Notes: generated by a model from the sequence alone, not told the origin. A DNA stretch of 35,468 bases from an uncultured Deferribacteres bacterium (GCA_964014485.1 CAXHAT010000075.1:1-35468); one strand, 5' to 3'. Positions 1 to 11,049 are shown, counted from the stretch's first letter. Translations and numbers: made by a program.

Positions 1-77
1 GCCCAAAATAATCAAGTACAACAAAATCAAAAGCTTAACTGAACATAAGGTCTAACGAAACCAAATCAAAGCGCCAC

Positions 78-695
78 ATGAAAACGCGAAAAGAAAAAAT
101 CAGCATTGCAGTTTTGGCTGGCGGCAAATCGTCGCGGATGGGAAGCAACAAAGCGTTGCTGACGATTGACGGCCTGACAATCATTGAGCACACGCTCCAA
201 ACGGCGCGACATTTTTCCGCCGATTGCTTCGTCATCACCAATTCTCCAGACAAGTTCGTTTTTCTCAATACACCGCTCTACCCAGACTCCATCAAAAGCA
301 TTGGGCCGCTGGCCGGCATTTTTACAGCACTCTCTCACGCACAACATTCAAAATGTTTGGTTTTGGCCTGCGACCTGCCCTTCTTGGGAAAAAAATCTCT
401 ACAGATTCTCACCGAAGACGTTGGCGAGGAAGAGATGCTAGCATTTAAGACTTCACAAAGAATCGAGCCCATCTGCGCGGTTTACTCGAAAAAGGCGATT
501 GTAAAAGTCAAAGAAGCGATTGATGTTCAAGACTATAGTGCGCAAAACCTTGCGAACCGATTGGACGCCAGAACCTTGAATTGGCATGATTTGTCAAACG
601 AATTTGACGAAAACGCGCTCTTTAACATGAACGCTCCAGAAGATTTTGAGCATGCGAAAACCATCATTGATTCACGCAAACAAAAACAAAAATGA
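78..695 (+). CDS. mobA: Molybdenum cofactor guanylyltransferase
   Basis: VLAGGKSSRMGSNKALL N-terminal motif, GPLAGI, ACDLP and C-terminal NMNAPEDF, all typical of MobA; 205 aa. Confidence 0.93.
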   Translation: MKTRKEKISIAVLAGGKSSRMGSNKALLTIDGLTIIEHTLQTARHFSADCFVITNSPDKFVFLNTPLYPDSIKSIGPLAGIFTALSHAQHSKCLVLACDLPFLGKKSLQILTEDVGEEEMLAFKTSQRIEPICAVYSKKAIVKVKEAIDVQDYSAQNLANRLDARTLNWHDLSNEFDENALFNMNAPEDFEHAKTIIDSRKQKQK

Positions 696-1183
696 ACCGA
701 AGCTTGGACAAAAAAACGCCCGGCCTTATCGCCGTCCTCGATAACATTCGCAGCTTGCACAACGTCGGCTCGATTTTTCGGACAGCGGACGGAGCGGGTT
801 TCGACGTTTTGATTTTATGCGGGATTACGGGCCAACCGCCGAGAAACGAAATTCGCAAAGCGGCGCTTGGCGCGGAAGAATTTGTCCCCTGGAAGTATGA
901 AAAAAATATTTTAGACGCCATCTCCGGGTTGCGAGACGACGGTTATCTCATCGTTGCTCTCGAGAAAACTGAATCGAGTGTTTTGCTGCAAAGAATCCAG
1001 CTTCGTCGGCCGCTGGCGCTTATTCTGGGCAACGAATATTACGGCCTATCTCAAAACGTCCTCGCAGCCGTAGATGTAGTTGCGCACATTCCAATGCACG
1101 GCCAAAAGATTTCGCTCAACGTCGGCGTAGCTTTTGGGGTTGCCGCCTATTCAATTCAAGAACAACTTTCCCAATCTGGTTAA
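692..1183 (+). CDS. TrmH/SpoU family RNA methyltransferase (SPOUT)
   Basis: SPOUT motifs [28 protein letters not shown] and [19 protein letters not shown] overlap with the mobA stop. Confidence 0.92.
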   Translation: MNRSLDKKTPGLIAVLDNIRSLHNVGSIFRTADGAGFDVLILCGITGQPPRNEIRKAALGAEEFVPWKYEKNILDAISGLRDDGYLIVALEKTESSVLLQRIQLRRPLALILGNEYYGLSQNVLAAVDVVAHIPMHGQKISLNVGVAFGVAAYSIQEQLSQSG

Positions 1184-4059
1184 TCGTTGCTTTCATAGGC
1201 GTCTGTCGGCGGGCAGGAGCAAATCAAATTGCGATCGCCGTAGGCGTTATTTATCCTTGAAACCGACGGCCAAAACTTTCGCGTTCGAACCCACGCCGCC
1301 GGGTAAGCGGCTTTTTCGCGATGATAGGCGTGCGCCCAGTCGTCAGCAATAACCGTGGCCGCAGTGTGCGGCGCATTCTTCAGAACATTGTCCGCTCGAT
1401 CCGCCTCCCCGTTCTCGATTTCCGCGATTTCTCTGCGTATGCCGATGAGCGCCTCACAAAACCGGTCCAATTCTTCAAGATTTTCGCTTTCCGTCGGCTC
1501 AATCATCAGTGTACCGGGAACCGGGAACGAGACAGTTGGTGCGTGAAAGCCGTAATCCATTAAGCGCTTCGCCACATCTTCTACTTCAACGCCTGCGCTT
1601 GTTTTAAATTGGCGAAAATCGAGAATGAACTCATGCGCAACACGGCTGTTTTGCCCTGTGTAAAGAATCGGATAATGCGCCTTGAGTTTTTCCGCCATGT
1701 AGTTGGCGTTGAGAATGGCGACTTTCGTCGACTGCGTCAGCCCGTGCTTGCCCAAAAGCGCAATATACGCCCAGGAAATGGTCAAAATGCTGGCGCTGCC
1801 CCAGGGCGCGGCGGAAATCGCATCCACGCTTCCGTCGCCTCCGGTTTGGATGATTGGGTGCGCTGGAAGATGCGGCTTTAGATGCGCAACCACGCCAATC
1901 GGCCCCATGCCCGGCCCGCCGCCGCCGTGAGGAATCGCGTAAGTTTTGTGCAAATTCAAGTGGCAAACGTCGGCTCCCAGCTCCGCCGGGCGGCACAATC
2001 CAACCTGCGCGTTCATATTCGCGCCGTCCATGTAAACCTGCCCGCCGTTGTCGTGAATAATGCCGCAAATCTCCTTGATGCTCTCCTCAAAAACGCCGTG
2101 CGTCGAAGGATAAGTCACCATAAACGCAGCCAAATCTTCCCGATGCGCTTCAGCTTTGGCGCGCAAATCCTCCACGTCGATGTTGCCGCCTTCGTCGCAC
2201 TTGACGATGACGACTTTCATTCCGGCCATAACGGCGCTGGCGGGATTGGTGCCGTGCGCCGACGATGGAATCAAACAAACGTTTCGCTTTTCATCGCCGT
2301 TGGCTTCATGATAAGCGCGGATAACGAGCAGGCCGGCATATTCTCCCTGCGCGCCTGCGTTTGGTTGCAGTGAAACGGCGTCAAAACCGGTCATCTCTGC
2401 GAGCCACTGCTCGAGCTCGCGAAAAAGCTGCTGATAGCCTGCCGTCTGCTCAGTCGGCGCGAACGGGTGGATTTTCCCTACTTCCGGCCAGGTCAGCGCG
2501 CTCATTTCCGTCGTCGCATTAAGTTTCATCGTGCAGGAGCCAAGCGGGATCATGCTGCTGTTGAGCGACAAATCTTTTTCTTCTAAAGAGCGCATGTAAC
2601 GCAACATTGACGTTTCGGAATGGTGCGTGTTAAACACTTCGTGTTGCAAGTAGTCGGATGTGCGCTGCATTTTTCCGGCATAGCCGCTTTCCAGATTTGC
2701 CGCAAAATCGGCGGCTCTCGCCGATGCGGCTTGCCCCTTCGAAAAAACTGCGATTAAATCGTTCAAGTCATCGACGCCGACTGTTTCATCGAGCGAGATT
2801 CCGAGAGAACCGTCGCCAAAATCGCGGAGATTGACATCCGCCTGAAGCGCGGTTTTGAGCACATCTTCCGCTGAAGCGTCGTGCGGCGTCACGCGGATAG
2901 CGTCGAAATAATCATCATGGTGAATTTTGTGTCCAAGCTCATCCAAAGCAGCGGCGAGAACTTTCGTCGCGCCATGCACGCGCTCGGCGATGCGTCGCAC
3001 GCCCTTCGGCCCATGGTAGACGGCGTACATGCCTGCCATCACTGCCAGAAGCACTTGCGCGGTGCAAATATTTGAAGTGGCGCGCTCGCGCTTAATATGT
3101 TGCTCGCGGGTTTGCAAGGCCATCCGCAAAGCAGGCTCCCCCCCGACGTCAAGCGACAGACCGATGATCCGGCCAGGAATCAAGCGCTTATATTTTTCCG
3201 AGGTCGCAAAAAATGCGGCATGCGGTCCGCCATAGCCCAGGGGCACGCCAAAACGCTGTGTATTTCCAACAGCAGCGTCCGCGCCGAACTCTCCGGGCGG
3301 CGTCAGCAGCGCCAAACTCAAAATATCCGCGGCAACGGCAACCAGAGCGCCGTTTTCATGCGCTTTTTCGCAAAAAGCTGAATAGTCGTAGACCGCGCCG
3401 TCCGAAGCGGGATACTGCAAAAGAGCGCCAAAAACCGGCGTTGAAAAATCGAACTCTCGAAAATCGCCGACGATGACTTCAATCCCGAGCGGTTCGGCGC
3501 GCGTCTCGACCACGCTGATCGTTTGCGAGTGACAGTCCGATGAGATAAAAAAGGCTGCGTTTCCCGGACGTTTTTTGACGCCGTAAAACATCGCCATCGC
3601 TTCAGCGGCGGCGGTCGCTTCGTCGAGCAGGGATGCGTTGGCAAGCGGAAAGCCGGTCAAGTCGCAAACCATCGTCTGAAAATTAAGCAAGGCTTCGAGA
3701 CGCCCTTGTGCGATCTCAGCCTGATAGGGCGTGTATTGCGTGTACCAGCCGGGGTTTTCCAAAATATTTCGCTGAATGACAGGCGGCGTAATCGTGTCAT
3801 GATACCCCATGCCGATGTATGAACGCAGCGTTTGGTTTCGGCTCATCAGATCGCGCAGTCGCGGCAGAAGCTCGGCCTCGGAAACGCCGTCATCAAGACG
3901 CAAGGGCGCTGCGGTGCGAATAGTCGCTGGAACAACGCTGTCAATGAACTCATCAAGAAACTCGCTGTTCAGAGCTTGCAGCATGCGGCCAACCTCATCT
4001 TCAGAAGGCCCGATGTGGCGGTCGACAAAAATATCGCTTGTTTTCAAATTGATCGGCAT
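1180..4059 (-). CDS. gcvP: Glycine dehydrogenase (decarboxylating), glycine cleavage system P protein, single-chain form
   Basis: 959 aa; [57 protein letters not shown]-lysine motif HLNLHKT, C-terminal [12 protein letters not shown]. Confidence 0.98.
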   Translation of the reverse strand: MPINLKTSDIFVDRHIGPSEDEVGRMLQALNSEFLDEFIDSVVPATIRTAAPLRLDDGVSEAELLPRLRDLMSRNQTLRSYIGMGYHDTITPPVIQRNILENPGWYTQYTPYQAEIAQGRLEALLNFQTMVCDLTGFPLANASLLDEATAAAEAMAMFYGVKKRPGNAAFFISSDCHSQTISVVETRAEPLGIEVIVGDFREFDFSTPVFGALLQYPASDGAVYDYSAFCEKAHENGALVAVAADILSLALLTPPGEFGADAAVGNTQRFGVPLGYGGPHAAFFATSEKYKRLIPGRIIGLSLDVGGEPALRMALQTREQHIKRERATSNICTAQVLLAVMAGMYAVYHGPKGVRRIAERVHGATKVLAAALDELGHKIHHDDYFDAIRVTPHDASAEDVLKTALQADVNLRDFGDGSLGISLDETVGVDDLNDLIAVFSKGQAASARAADFAANLESGYAGKMQRTSDYLQHEVFNTHHSETSMLRYMRSLEEKDLSLNSSMIPLGSCTMKLNATTEMSALTWPEVGKIHPFAPTEQTAGYQQLFRELEQWLAEMTGFDAVSLQPNAGAQGEYAGLLVIRAYHEANGDEKRNVCLIPSSAHGTNPASAVMAGMKVVIVKCDEGGNIDVEDLRAKAEAHREDLAAFMVTYPSTHGVFEESIKEICGIIHDNGGQVYMDGANMNAQVGLCRPAELGADVCHLNLHKTYAIPHGGGGPGMGPIGVVAHLKPHLPAHPIIQTGGDGSVDAISAAPWGSASILTISWAYIALLGKHGLTQSTKVAILNANYMAEKLKAHYPILYTGQNSRVAHEFILDFRQFKTSAGVEVEDVAKRLMDYGFHAPTVSFPVPGTLMIEPTESENLEELDRFCEALIGIRREIAEIENGEADRADNVLKNAPHTAATVIADDWAHAYHREKAAYPAAWVRTRKFWPSVSRINNAYGDRNLICSCPPTDAYESND

Positions 4060-4208
4060 CTTTTTCTCCGTATATCAAACTGGCGTCCGCGCTGGCGCGC
4101 ATACTCGCAAATAAAGCGTTCAATGTACAAACAAGCCCTCCGATTTTCAAAGTTATTTCTTCCGTTGAATACCAAGCTTTTTACGACCTAAATCCTAACG
4201 GTTCCGCC

Positions 4209-4237
4209 TTGACAATAAGCTGATGATTCGGTAAATC
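4209..4237 (+). promoter_or_regulatory. Possible sigma70 promoter for the FdhF/YdeP gene
   Basis: Perfect TTGACA at 4209-4214; only a weak -10 (GTAAAT/TAAATC) 16-17 nt downstream; ATG at 4243 follows with no clear Shine-Dalgarno. Confidence 0.3.
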
Positions 4238-4242
4238 AATCC

Positions 4243-6597
4243 ATGTCAAAAGCAACGCAAAACATCAAATCTGATGAGCTAAAAGCTCTTCCAAGTCAGC
4301 CTTCCGCGCAACCTCCCGAAAAGTTTACCGGCTTAAGAACAACCCGACCTCCAAAAACCGCCGGCGGGGTAAAGGCCGTCGTTGAAGCCGTGCGTCATCT
4401 TTCGAATGAAATGGATTTGTCGCGCGGTTTGAAAACGCTGACCCACATGAACAAAGTCGACGGGTTCGATTGTCCGGGATGCGCCTGGCCTGATCCTGAA
4501 GACAAGCGTTCCACGCTGGGCGAGTACTGCGAAAACGGCGTCAAGGCGTTTGCCGAAGAAGCGACAATCAAAAAAGCAGACCCCGACTTTTTTGCGAAAT
4601 ATTCGGTGCAGGAATTGGCGGAGCAGTCAGACTTTTGGCTGGGCAAGCAGGGCCGTTTGACGCACCCGATGATTTTGCACGCCGGAGCGACGCACTACCA
4701 ACCCATCTCCTGGGAAGCCGCTTTTGCTCGCGTTGCGCAAGAATTAAATGCGCTCGATACGCCGGACGAAGCGATCTTTTACACTTCCGGACGCACGAGC
4801 AATGAGGCGGCGTTTCTTTACCAGCTTTTTGTCCGCCATTTTGGGACAAACAACCTGCCGGACTGCTCGAACATGTGTCACGAATCCAGCGGTCAAGCGC
4901 TAACACAGACGCTGGGCATTGGCAAGGGTTCGGTGACGCTGGAAGACTTGCATCAGGCCGAAGTCGTCATGGTCATCGGGCAAAATCCTGGTACGAACCA
5001 CCCGCGCATGTTGACGGCTTTGCAAAAATGCAAACGGAACGGCGGTAAAATCATCACCGTCAACCCCATCCCCGAAACCGGGTTGATGCGCTTCAAACAT
5101 CCGCAACACTTAAAAGATTATGTAACCGGCGGCATGCAGCTCACCGACGTTTTTTTGCAAGTGCGTCTCAACGGCGACGTTGCGCTGGCTAAGGCGTTGA
5201 TGATTTTGCTGATGCGCGCTGAAGAGATGAATCCCCGGACCGTTTTTGATCACAATTTTATCAAAGAGCACTGTGTCGGCTTCGATGATCTTCTCATTGA
5301 TCTCAAGGGGCAGAAATTCCTTGAATTGCTGGATCAATGCGGCGTACCCGAAGCGCGAATTCGCGAAGCCGCCGAGCTTTTGATTAACAACGACAAAATA
5401 ATTATTTGCTGGGCAATGGGCTTAACGCAGCACAAAAACGGCGTGGCAAATATCAAGGAACTGGTCAACCTGCTTTTGCTCAAAGGCTCGATAGGCAAAC
5501 CTGGCGCTGGAACCTGTCCAGTGCGCGGACACAGCAATGTGCAAGGCGACCGCACGATGGGAATTTGGGAAAAGCCCAAACCGGAATTTCTCGATAAGTT
5601 GCAGGAGATATTCGGTTTTGATCCGCCGCGCGATCACGGCGTTAGCACGGTTCCGGCGATCAAAAAAATGCACGACGGATCGGCAAAAGTTTTTTTTGCG
5701 ATGGGCGGCAATTTTCTCTCGGCAACGCCGGACACGGAATTCACCGCAGCAGCGCTCAGGCGCTGCAATTTAACGGCGCATGTTTCCACCAAGCTCAACC
5801 GCAGCCATCTTGTTCATGGCAAGACTGCGCTCATTTTGCCTTGTCTTGGACGCACTGAAATCGACCTGCAAGAAGGTGATGAGCAATTTGTGAGCGTGGA
5901 AAATTCGATGGGAATCGTGCATAAATCGCAGGGACGGCTGGAGCCGGCGTCCGCGCATTTGTTGAGCGAGCCCCAAATTGTCGCCCGATTGGCTGCGACG
6001 ACCCTCGGCAGGAAGTCAAAAGTGGCTTGGGAAGCACTGGCTGCAAATTATGACGCGGTTCGCGATAAAATCGAAGCGTGCGTTCCCGGGTTTGAAAATT
6101 ATAATGAACGCGTTCGCAAACCGGGCGGGTTTTATCTGCCGAACGGTGCACGCGAACGGCGATTCAACACGCCGAGCGGCAGGGCGCATTTCACTGTCAA
6201 CCCGCTGCCGAAAAATGAGTTAAAAGACGATGAATTCATCATGACGACCATTCGCAGTCATGACCAATTCAACACAACGATCTACGGGCTGGATGATCGT
6301 TATCGCGGCATTTTTAATGAACGCCGCGTGGTGCTGATTAACCCGGAAGATTTGCGCGCCGCAGGGTTCGAAGCAGGGCAGATCGTTGATTTGCGCAGCC
6401 ATTTTCAAGGGGAAGTACGGGAGGCGAGACGGTTCATTCTTACGCCTTTTAACATTGCTCGCCGCTGTATTGCGACTTACTTTCCAGAAGCAAACGTACT
6501 CGTCCCGATCAATCATTTTGCAGACGGCAGCGAGACGCCTGCATCAAAATTTATCCTTTGCACCATCCATCCCGAGAAGTCTTCCGTTTTGTCATGA
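4243..6597 (+). CDS. FdhF/YdeP family molybdopterin oxidoreductase (formate dehydrogenase-like alpha subunit)
   Basis: GFDCPGCAWPD, EYCENG, FYTSGRTSNEAAFLYQLF, NNLPDCSNMCHE, PVRGHSNVQGDRTMGI, TIRSHDQFNTTIYG. Confidence 0.95.
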   Translation: MSKATQNIKSDELKALPSQPSAQPPEKFTGLRTTRPPKTAGGVKAVVEAVRHLSNEMDLSRGLKTLTHMNKVDGFDCPGCAWPDPEDKRSTLGEYCENGVKAFAEEATIKKADPDFFAKYSVQELAEQSDFWLGKQGRLTHPMILHAGATHYQPISWEAAFARVAQELNALDTPDEAIFYTSGRTSNEAAFLYQLFVRHFGTNNLPDCSNMCHESSGQALTQTLGIGKGSVTLEDLHQAEVVMVIGQNPGTNHPRMLTALQKCKRNGGKIITVNPIPETGLMRFKHPQHLKDYVTGGMQLTDVFLQVRLNGDVALAKALMILLMRAEEMNPRTVFDHNFIKEHCVGFDDLLIDLKGQKFLELLDQCGVPEARIREAAELLINNDKIIICWAMGLTQHKNGVANIKELVNLLLLKGSIGKPGAGTCPVRGHSNVQGDRTMGIWEKPKPEFLDKLQEIFGFDPPRDHGVSTVPAIKKMHDGSAKVFFAMGGNFLSATPDTEFTAAALRRCNLTAHVSTKLNRSHLVHGKTALILPCLGRTEIDLQEGDEQFVSVENSMGIVHKSQGRLEPASAHLLSEPQIVARLAATTLGRKSKVAWEALAANYDAVRDKIEACVPGFENYNERVRKPGGFYLPNGARERRFNTPSGRAHFTVNPLPKNELKDDEFIMTTIRSHDQFNTTIYGLDDRYRGIFNERRVVLINPEDLRAAGFEAGQIVDLRSHFQGEVREARRFILTPFNIARRCIATYFPEANVLVPINHFADGSETPASKFILCTIHPEKSSVLS

Positions 6598-6701
6598 TAT
6601 GACTTGCTTTGAACAGCGAAAAGCGTTTCTTTCGAAGAATCGTTTAGAAACTGGAATCGAACGCTACTCAACCAAACCCGAACCCATCAAAGGCTGTCGC
6701 C

Positions 6702-7766
6702 ATGCACAAAAAATTCTGGCTTAAGCTCATTTTAGCAACGACTGTTTTATTTGCAGTCTCCACGGTACAAGCGCAAAAACCATTTCGCGTCGGCACGACG
6801 ACGGCGAACTTTCTGGAAATTGGTTTAGGCGCGGCGGGCAATGCCATGGGCGACGCCTACGTAAGCATGGCGCGAGACCTGTCGTCGGTTTATTGGAACC
6901 CGGCCGGGCTGGCTTACATGCAGCAAAACGAGGCGCAGTTTTTTTACCAGCCATGGATCGCGGACATCGGTACGTCATTTACCGGCGTCGGACTTGTGCT
7001 CGAAGACGTCGGGACGCTTTCCTTTAGCTTGTTTTACACCAACTACGGCGAAATGGAAGTGACCAACGTTCGCGAGCAGGACGGCACCGGCGAATTTTTT
7101 AGCGCAAATGATTTTGCGGCTTCCCTGTCCTTCTCTCGCAAACTGGCGCAATGGTTCTCGTTTGGCGCATCGATGAAATTCGTCAATTCCAGCATTTGGC
7201 ACTTAAAAGCCAGCGCCATGGCGCTCGATCTCGGCGTTCTCGTCCAAACCAAATTTTTCTCCCCCGACGCTGACCGCAATAACGGCCTCACGCTGGGCAT
7301 GAGCATTTCCAATTATGGCACGCGCATGAAGTATGACGGCATAGATCTCCTAAATCCCATCGATATTCTGCCGGACGAGCAAGGAAACTTCCGCGACACC
7401 CCGGGGCAATTTCAACTGCAATCGTGGGAACTGCCGCTCATTTTCCGTATCGGCGCTTCGGTTAACCCGATTGTGATGGGCAATCAGCGCATTACGTTGG
7501 CGGTGGACGCGCTGCACCCGAACAATAACAGCGAATCGGTCAACGTCGGGGCTGAATACGGCTTGAAAATTCCTGGAACAGGCGCCTTCTATTTGCGCGG
7601 AGGTTACAAGGCATTGTTTATGGAAGAGTCTGAGTTTGGCCTCAGCCTCGGTAGCGGCATTGAATTGAACTTCCTGAATAATCTCGGTCTCAAAATCGAT
7701 TACGCCTATCGCGGCGTCGGCGTTCTCGGTAAAACGCACGCATATTCTCTGGGCGTGTTGTTTTAA
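6702..7766 (+). CDS. PorV/PorQ-like (UPF0164) outer-membrane beta-barrel protein
   Basis: Signal peptide ending VQA; GTTTANFLEIGLGAAGNAMGDAY...YWNPAGLA motif; alternating beta-strand pattern; C-terminal Phe (beta-signal). Confidence 0.85.
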   Translation: MHKKFWLKLILATTVLFAVSTVQAQKPFRVGTTTANFLEIGLGAAGNAMGDAYVSMARDLSSVYWNPAGLAYMQQNEAQFFYQPWIADIGTSFTGVGLVLEDVGTLSFSLFYTNYGEMEVTNVREQDGTGEFFSANDFAASLSFSRKLAQWFSFGASMKFVNSSIWHLKASAMALDLGVLVQTKFFSPDADRNNGLTLGMSISNYGTRMKYDGIDLLNPIDILPDEQGNFRDTPGQFQLQSWELPLIFRIGASVNPIVMGNQRITLAVDALHPNNNSESVNVGAEYGLKIPGTGAFYLRGGYKALFMEESEFGLSLGSGIELNFLNNLGLKIDYAYRGVGVLGKTHAYSLGVLF

Positions 7767-7789
7767 AGGCAATTTTTACGGAGCGAATC

Positions 7790-8347
7790 ATGGCGGTTGC
7801 GCTGGCACGACAATTATTCACGGTTGACGACTATTATAAAATGGCCGAAACCGGCATTTTGGACTCGGACGACAGAGTAGAATTACTTGATGGGGAGATT
7901 CTTAAAATGAGTCCGGCAGGAAGTTACCATAGCGGCTGCATCAATACTTTAGCGCAGCATTTCTTCTTGAACTTGCAGAATCTGGCGACTGTGAGCATTC
8001 AAAATCCAGTGCGGCTGGACGCTTATTCCGCGCCGGAACCGGACGTCGCGCTGCTCCACTACCGCGACGATCATTACAAAGCCTCCTTGCCGATTCCTGA
8101 AGAAATTCATCTTTTGGTCGAAGTCGCGGATTCGTCTCTGGATAAAGATTTGTATGTCAAAATTCCGCTTTACGCCAAAGCGCTTGTCCCCGAAGCGTGG
8201 ATCATCGATTTAAGCAGCAGAACAGTGCATGTTTTTCGCGATCCGTCGGACGGCGAATATCAATCTCGGGCGATTTATTCTGAAAATGACCGTCTCGCGC
8301 CGGTTTCTTTTCCTGATATCCATCTTCCCGTTAATACTCTTTTTTAA
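7790..8347 (+). CDS. Uma2 family (PD-(D/E)xK-like) putative endonuclease, copy 1
   Basis: FTVDDYYKMAETGIL..RVELLDGEI..MSP..H, PEPD, LLVEVADSS..D...K..LYA, PEAWIIDL. Confidence 0.92.
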   Translation: MAVALARQLFTVDDYYKMAETGILDSDDRVELLDGEILKMSPAGSYHSGCINTLAQHFFLNLQNLATVSIQNPVRLDAYSAPEPDVALLHYRDDHYKASLPIPEEIHLLVEVADSSLDKDLYVKIPLYAKALVPEAWIIDLSSRTVHVFRDPSDGEYQSRAIYSENDRLAPVSFPDIHLPVNTLF

Positions 8348-8370
8348 AGTATGAAAACGCGGAGCAACTT

Positions 8371-8928
8371 ATGGCAGTCACATTAGCAAGACAATTGTTT
8401 ACGGTCAACGATTATTATAAAATGGCGGAAACCGGCATTCTCGCCGCGGATGATAAAGTAGAATTACTGGATGGGGAGGTTGTCCAAATGAGTCCGGCGG
8501 GCAGTTATCATGCAAGCGTTGTTGATTTTCTGAACAGATTTTTTAACCGCCAAACTCAAGTCGACGCTATTGTCCGTGTTCAAAGTCCTATTCGGCTGGA
8601 TGACTACTCTGAGCCAGAGCCGGATTTGGCGCTGCTCCGACTGAAAGACGATTTTTATCAATCTTTGCATCCCAAGGCAAGCGACGTTTTTCTTCTCGTC
8701 GAAGTCGCGGACTCATCGCTCGAAAAAGATATGTTTGTCAAAATTCCGCTTTACGCCAAGACTGGAATCCCCGAGGTCTGGATTGTCGATCTCACAGCCC
8801 GAGTCGTGCATGTTTTTCGCAATCCGTCGGAAGGCGAATTCCAATCCCGAACAATTTTTTCTGAAAATGACCGTCTCGCGCCTTCAGCTTTCCCGGACGC
8901 AGCCCTTTCTATAGACTCCTTATTTTAA
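8371..8928 (+). CDS. Uma2 family putative endonuclease, copy 2
   Basis: Same motifs and same length (185 aa) as copy 1; about 63% identical by manual alignment. Confidence 0.92.
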   Translation: MAVTLARQLFTVNDYYKMAETGILAADDKVELLDGEVVQMSPAGSYHASVVDFLNRFFNRQTQVDAIVRVQSPIRLDDYSEPEPDLALLRLKDDFYQSLHPKASDVFLLVEVADSSLEKDMFVKIPLYAKTGIPEVWIVDLTARVVHVFRNPSEGEFQSRTIFSENDRLAPSAFPDAALSIDSLF

Positions 8929-8942
8929 TCGTTTTCAACTGA

Positions 8943-8964
8943 GGGCGTGTGTTGCAATACGCCC
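8943..8964. repeat. Degenerate REP-like palindrome / possible terminator hairpin
   Basis: GGGCGT-GTG-TTGCAA-T-ACGCCC imperfect inverted repeat just after the second Uma2 stop. Confidence 0.45.
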
Positions 8965-8998
8965 CATCCAACTAACCGACTCGTCCTCATTTTAAACC

Positions 8999-11023
8999 AT
9001 GCCCACACTCAAAACTTTTTTTAAAAAATCGATTGTCGCCGTCGTTTTTGGTCTGCTTCTTCCTGCTCAAATATTACAAGCTCAACTCCTCAAAGTCGAC
9101 GGCAAAAACATTATCGATGAAGACGGGAATACGGTGGTTTTTCGAGGGCTCGGCCTTGGCGGCTGGCTGATGGAAGAAGGCTATATGCTGCAAACGCCGG
9201 GGGAAGGATCGCCGACCTCGATTCGCAACATGATCGTCGATCTCATTGGCGAAGAGGATGCGGCGGAGTTTTACCGGCGCTATCGTCAAAACTATGTCGC
9301 GGAAGAAGACGTCGATTTGATTGCGCGCTGGGGTTTTAACTCCATCCGCCTGCCTTTTCACTACGAAATTCTTTCGCCCAAAGACCAGCCTGGCGTTTAT
9401 TTGGAAGAAGGCTTTGCTTATCTCGACAATATGCTGGAATGGTGCAAAAAAAACGAGCTTTGGTTGATTCTGGACATGCACGCTGCGCCCGGCGCTCAAA
9501 ATCATCTCAACATCAGCGACAGTGACGGCGAAGCGAGGCTTTGGACGGAAACCGAAAACCAGGATCGCACAGTTGAAATCTGGCGTAAGATTGCGGAACG
9601 CTATGCTGACGAACCCTGGATTGCAGGGTACGATCTTTTGAACGAACCCGTCCTGCCGGAAGGTCATTCAAATCTCGAACTGCGCGATCTCTATATTCGC
9701 ATCGCCAATGCAATTCGCGAGGTTGATTCCGATCACATTTTGTTTATTGAAGGCAATTTTTTCGCCACTGATTTTAACCTGCTCACGCCGCCGACGCTTT
9801 ACGGCGAAAACATCGTCTACGCATTCCACAAATACTGGAACGACCCGGGAAAAGCGACCATCCAGTACTTGCTGAACATTCGCGGCCAATGGAACGTGCC
9901 GCTGTGGCTGGGCGAGTCCGGAGAGAATTCGAACCCGTGGTTTCATGAAGTCGTCAAGCTGATGGAAAACGAAGAAATCGGCTGGAATTGGTGGACGCAC
10001 AAAAAGGTCGCGACCATCACCAGCCCGCTTTCTTCCCCAATCGAAGCGGGCTACCAAAGTGTGCTCGATTATTGGAACGGCAGGATTAGCCGCCCGTCCC
10101 AAAGCTTCGCCCGTGACGCCTTGTTTGAGATGGCGGATAATCTCGCGCTTGACAAATGCGAACGCCGCCCGGACGTTCTCGCCGCATTGCTCGACCCGGA
10201 ATTTGGCGTTAAAACCAAGCCTTTCATTGAAAATGTTATTCCAGGAACAATCGATTGCGCTGACTTTGATTACGGCACAAACGGCGTCGCCTACTACGAC
10301 ATGCACGCAGGCCGCAACAACGTCAACAATTTCACCCCGTGGAACACCGGCTGGGCGCTGCGCAACGACGGCGTTGATTTACAAGTGAGTGACGACCCGG
10401 ACGGCGCGGTTTACAATATCGGTTGGATCGACCCCGGCGAATGGGTCAATTATACCGTCGAAATCGAGCAGGAAGGCATTTACGACGTAACGTTTCGCGT
10501 GGCCAGCGAACCGGGCGGCGCACTCTTTTTCCTGCGCCTCGACGGGCTTGTAGCGTCGCCGATTTTGAACGTTTCGTCGACCGGCGGCTGGCAATCCTGG
10601 ACTTCCATCACAGCGGAAGACGTCGAACTGCCCGCTGGAACGCATGTTTTAACCCTGACATTCGTCAACGGCAAGCTGAACATCAACAGCATGGATTTTG
10701 AGCTAAAAACCGCGACTTCAATTGATGACGCCGGCTCGCAGCCCAAGCGTTTCGCGCTTTTTCAAAATTATCCGAACCCGTTCAATCCTCAAACGGAGAT
10801 TCGCTACTCAATCGCGGAGCCGGGCCCGGTAACGCTACGCATTTTTGACGTCGCGGGGAAAGAAGTGGTCACACTCGTGGAACGGGATCTTCACGTCGGA
10901 GAACATTCGGCGGTTTGGGACGGCCGTGACGCACGACAGGCAAAAGCCGCTTCCGGAGTCTATTTTTACAAATTGGAGGCCGGCGGCAAAATCCAGCAAC
11001 GGAAAATGCTGCTGATCCAATAA
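8999..11023 (+). CDS. Secreted GH5 glycoside hydrolase with CBM6 and a C-terminal secretion-signal (T9SS-type/FlgD-Ig) domain
   Basis: Signal peptide; GFNSIRLP, ILDMHAAPG, LLNEP (acid/base), WLGESG (nucleophile); CBM6-like YNIGWIDPGEWVNY...TGGWQSW; CTD QNYPNPFNP...WDGRD...ASGVYFYKL. Confidence 0.92.
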   Translation: MPTLKTFFKKSIVAVVFGLLLPAQILQAQLLKVDGKNIIDEDGNTVVFRGLGLGGWLMEEGYMLQTPGEGSPTSIRNMIVDLIGEEDAAEFYRRYRQNYVAEEDVDLIARWGFNSIRLPFHYEILSPKDQPGVYLEEGFAYLDNMLEWCKKNELWLILDMHAAPGAQNHLNISDSDGEARLWTETENQDRTVEIWRKIAERYADEPWIAGYDLLNEPVLPEGHSNLELRDLYIRIANAIREVDSDHILFIEGNFFATDFNLLTPPTLYGENIVYAFHKYWNDPGKATIQYLLNIRGQWNVPLWLGESGENSNPWFHEVVKLMENEEIGWNWWTHKKVATITSPLSSPIEAGYQSVLDYWNGRISRPSQSFARDALFEMADNLALDKCERRPDVLAALLDPEFGVKTKPFIENVIPGTIDCADFDYGTNGVAYYDMHAGRNNVNNFTPWNTGWALRNDGVDLQVSDDPDGAVYNIGWIDPGEWVNYTVEIEQEGIYDVTFRVASEPGGALFFLRLDGLVASPILNVSSTGGWQSWTSITAEDVELPAGTHVLTLTFVNGKLNINSMDFELKTATSIDDAGSQPKRFALFQNYPNPFNPQTEIRYSIAEPGPVTLRIFDVAGKEVVTLVERDLHVGEHSAVWDGRDARQAKAASGVYFYKLEAGGKIQQRKMLLIQ

Positions 11024-11049
11024 GGCTGAAGAAGGGAGAGACCGTAAGA

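Noticed and set aside
1180..1183. Shared TTAA stop overlap of the convergent TrmH-family and gcvP genes
   Set aside because: Real, but a common compact-genome arrangement with no further implication
4060..4242. Glycine riboswitch upstream of gcvP
   Set aside because: No GGAGA...GAAGG...CTCAGG aptamer signatures are visible on the minus strand, and the region is short and shared with a divergent gene
7790..8928. Integron cassette array or DGR explaining the Uma2 pair
   Set aside because: The 23-bp spacers are too short for attC sites, no integrase or reverse transcriptase is present, and the differences are not adenine-specific
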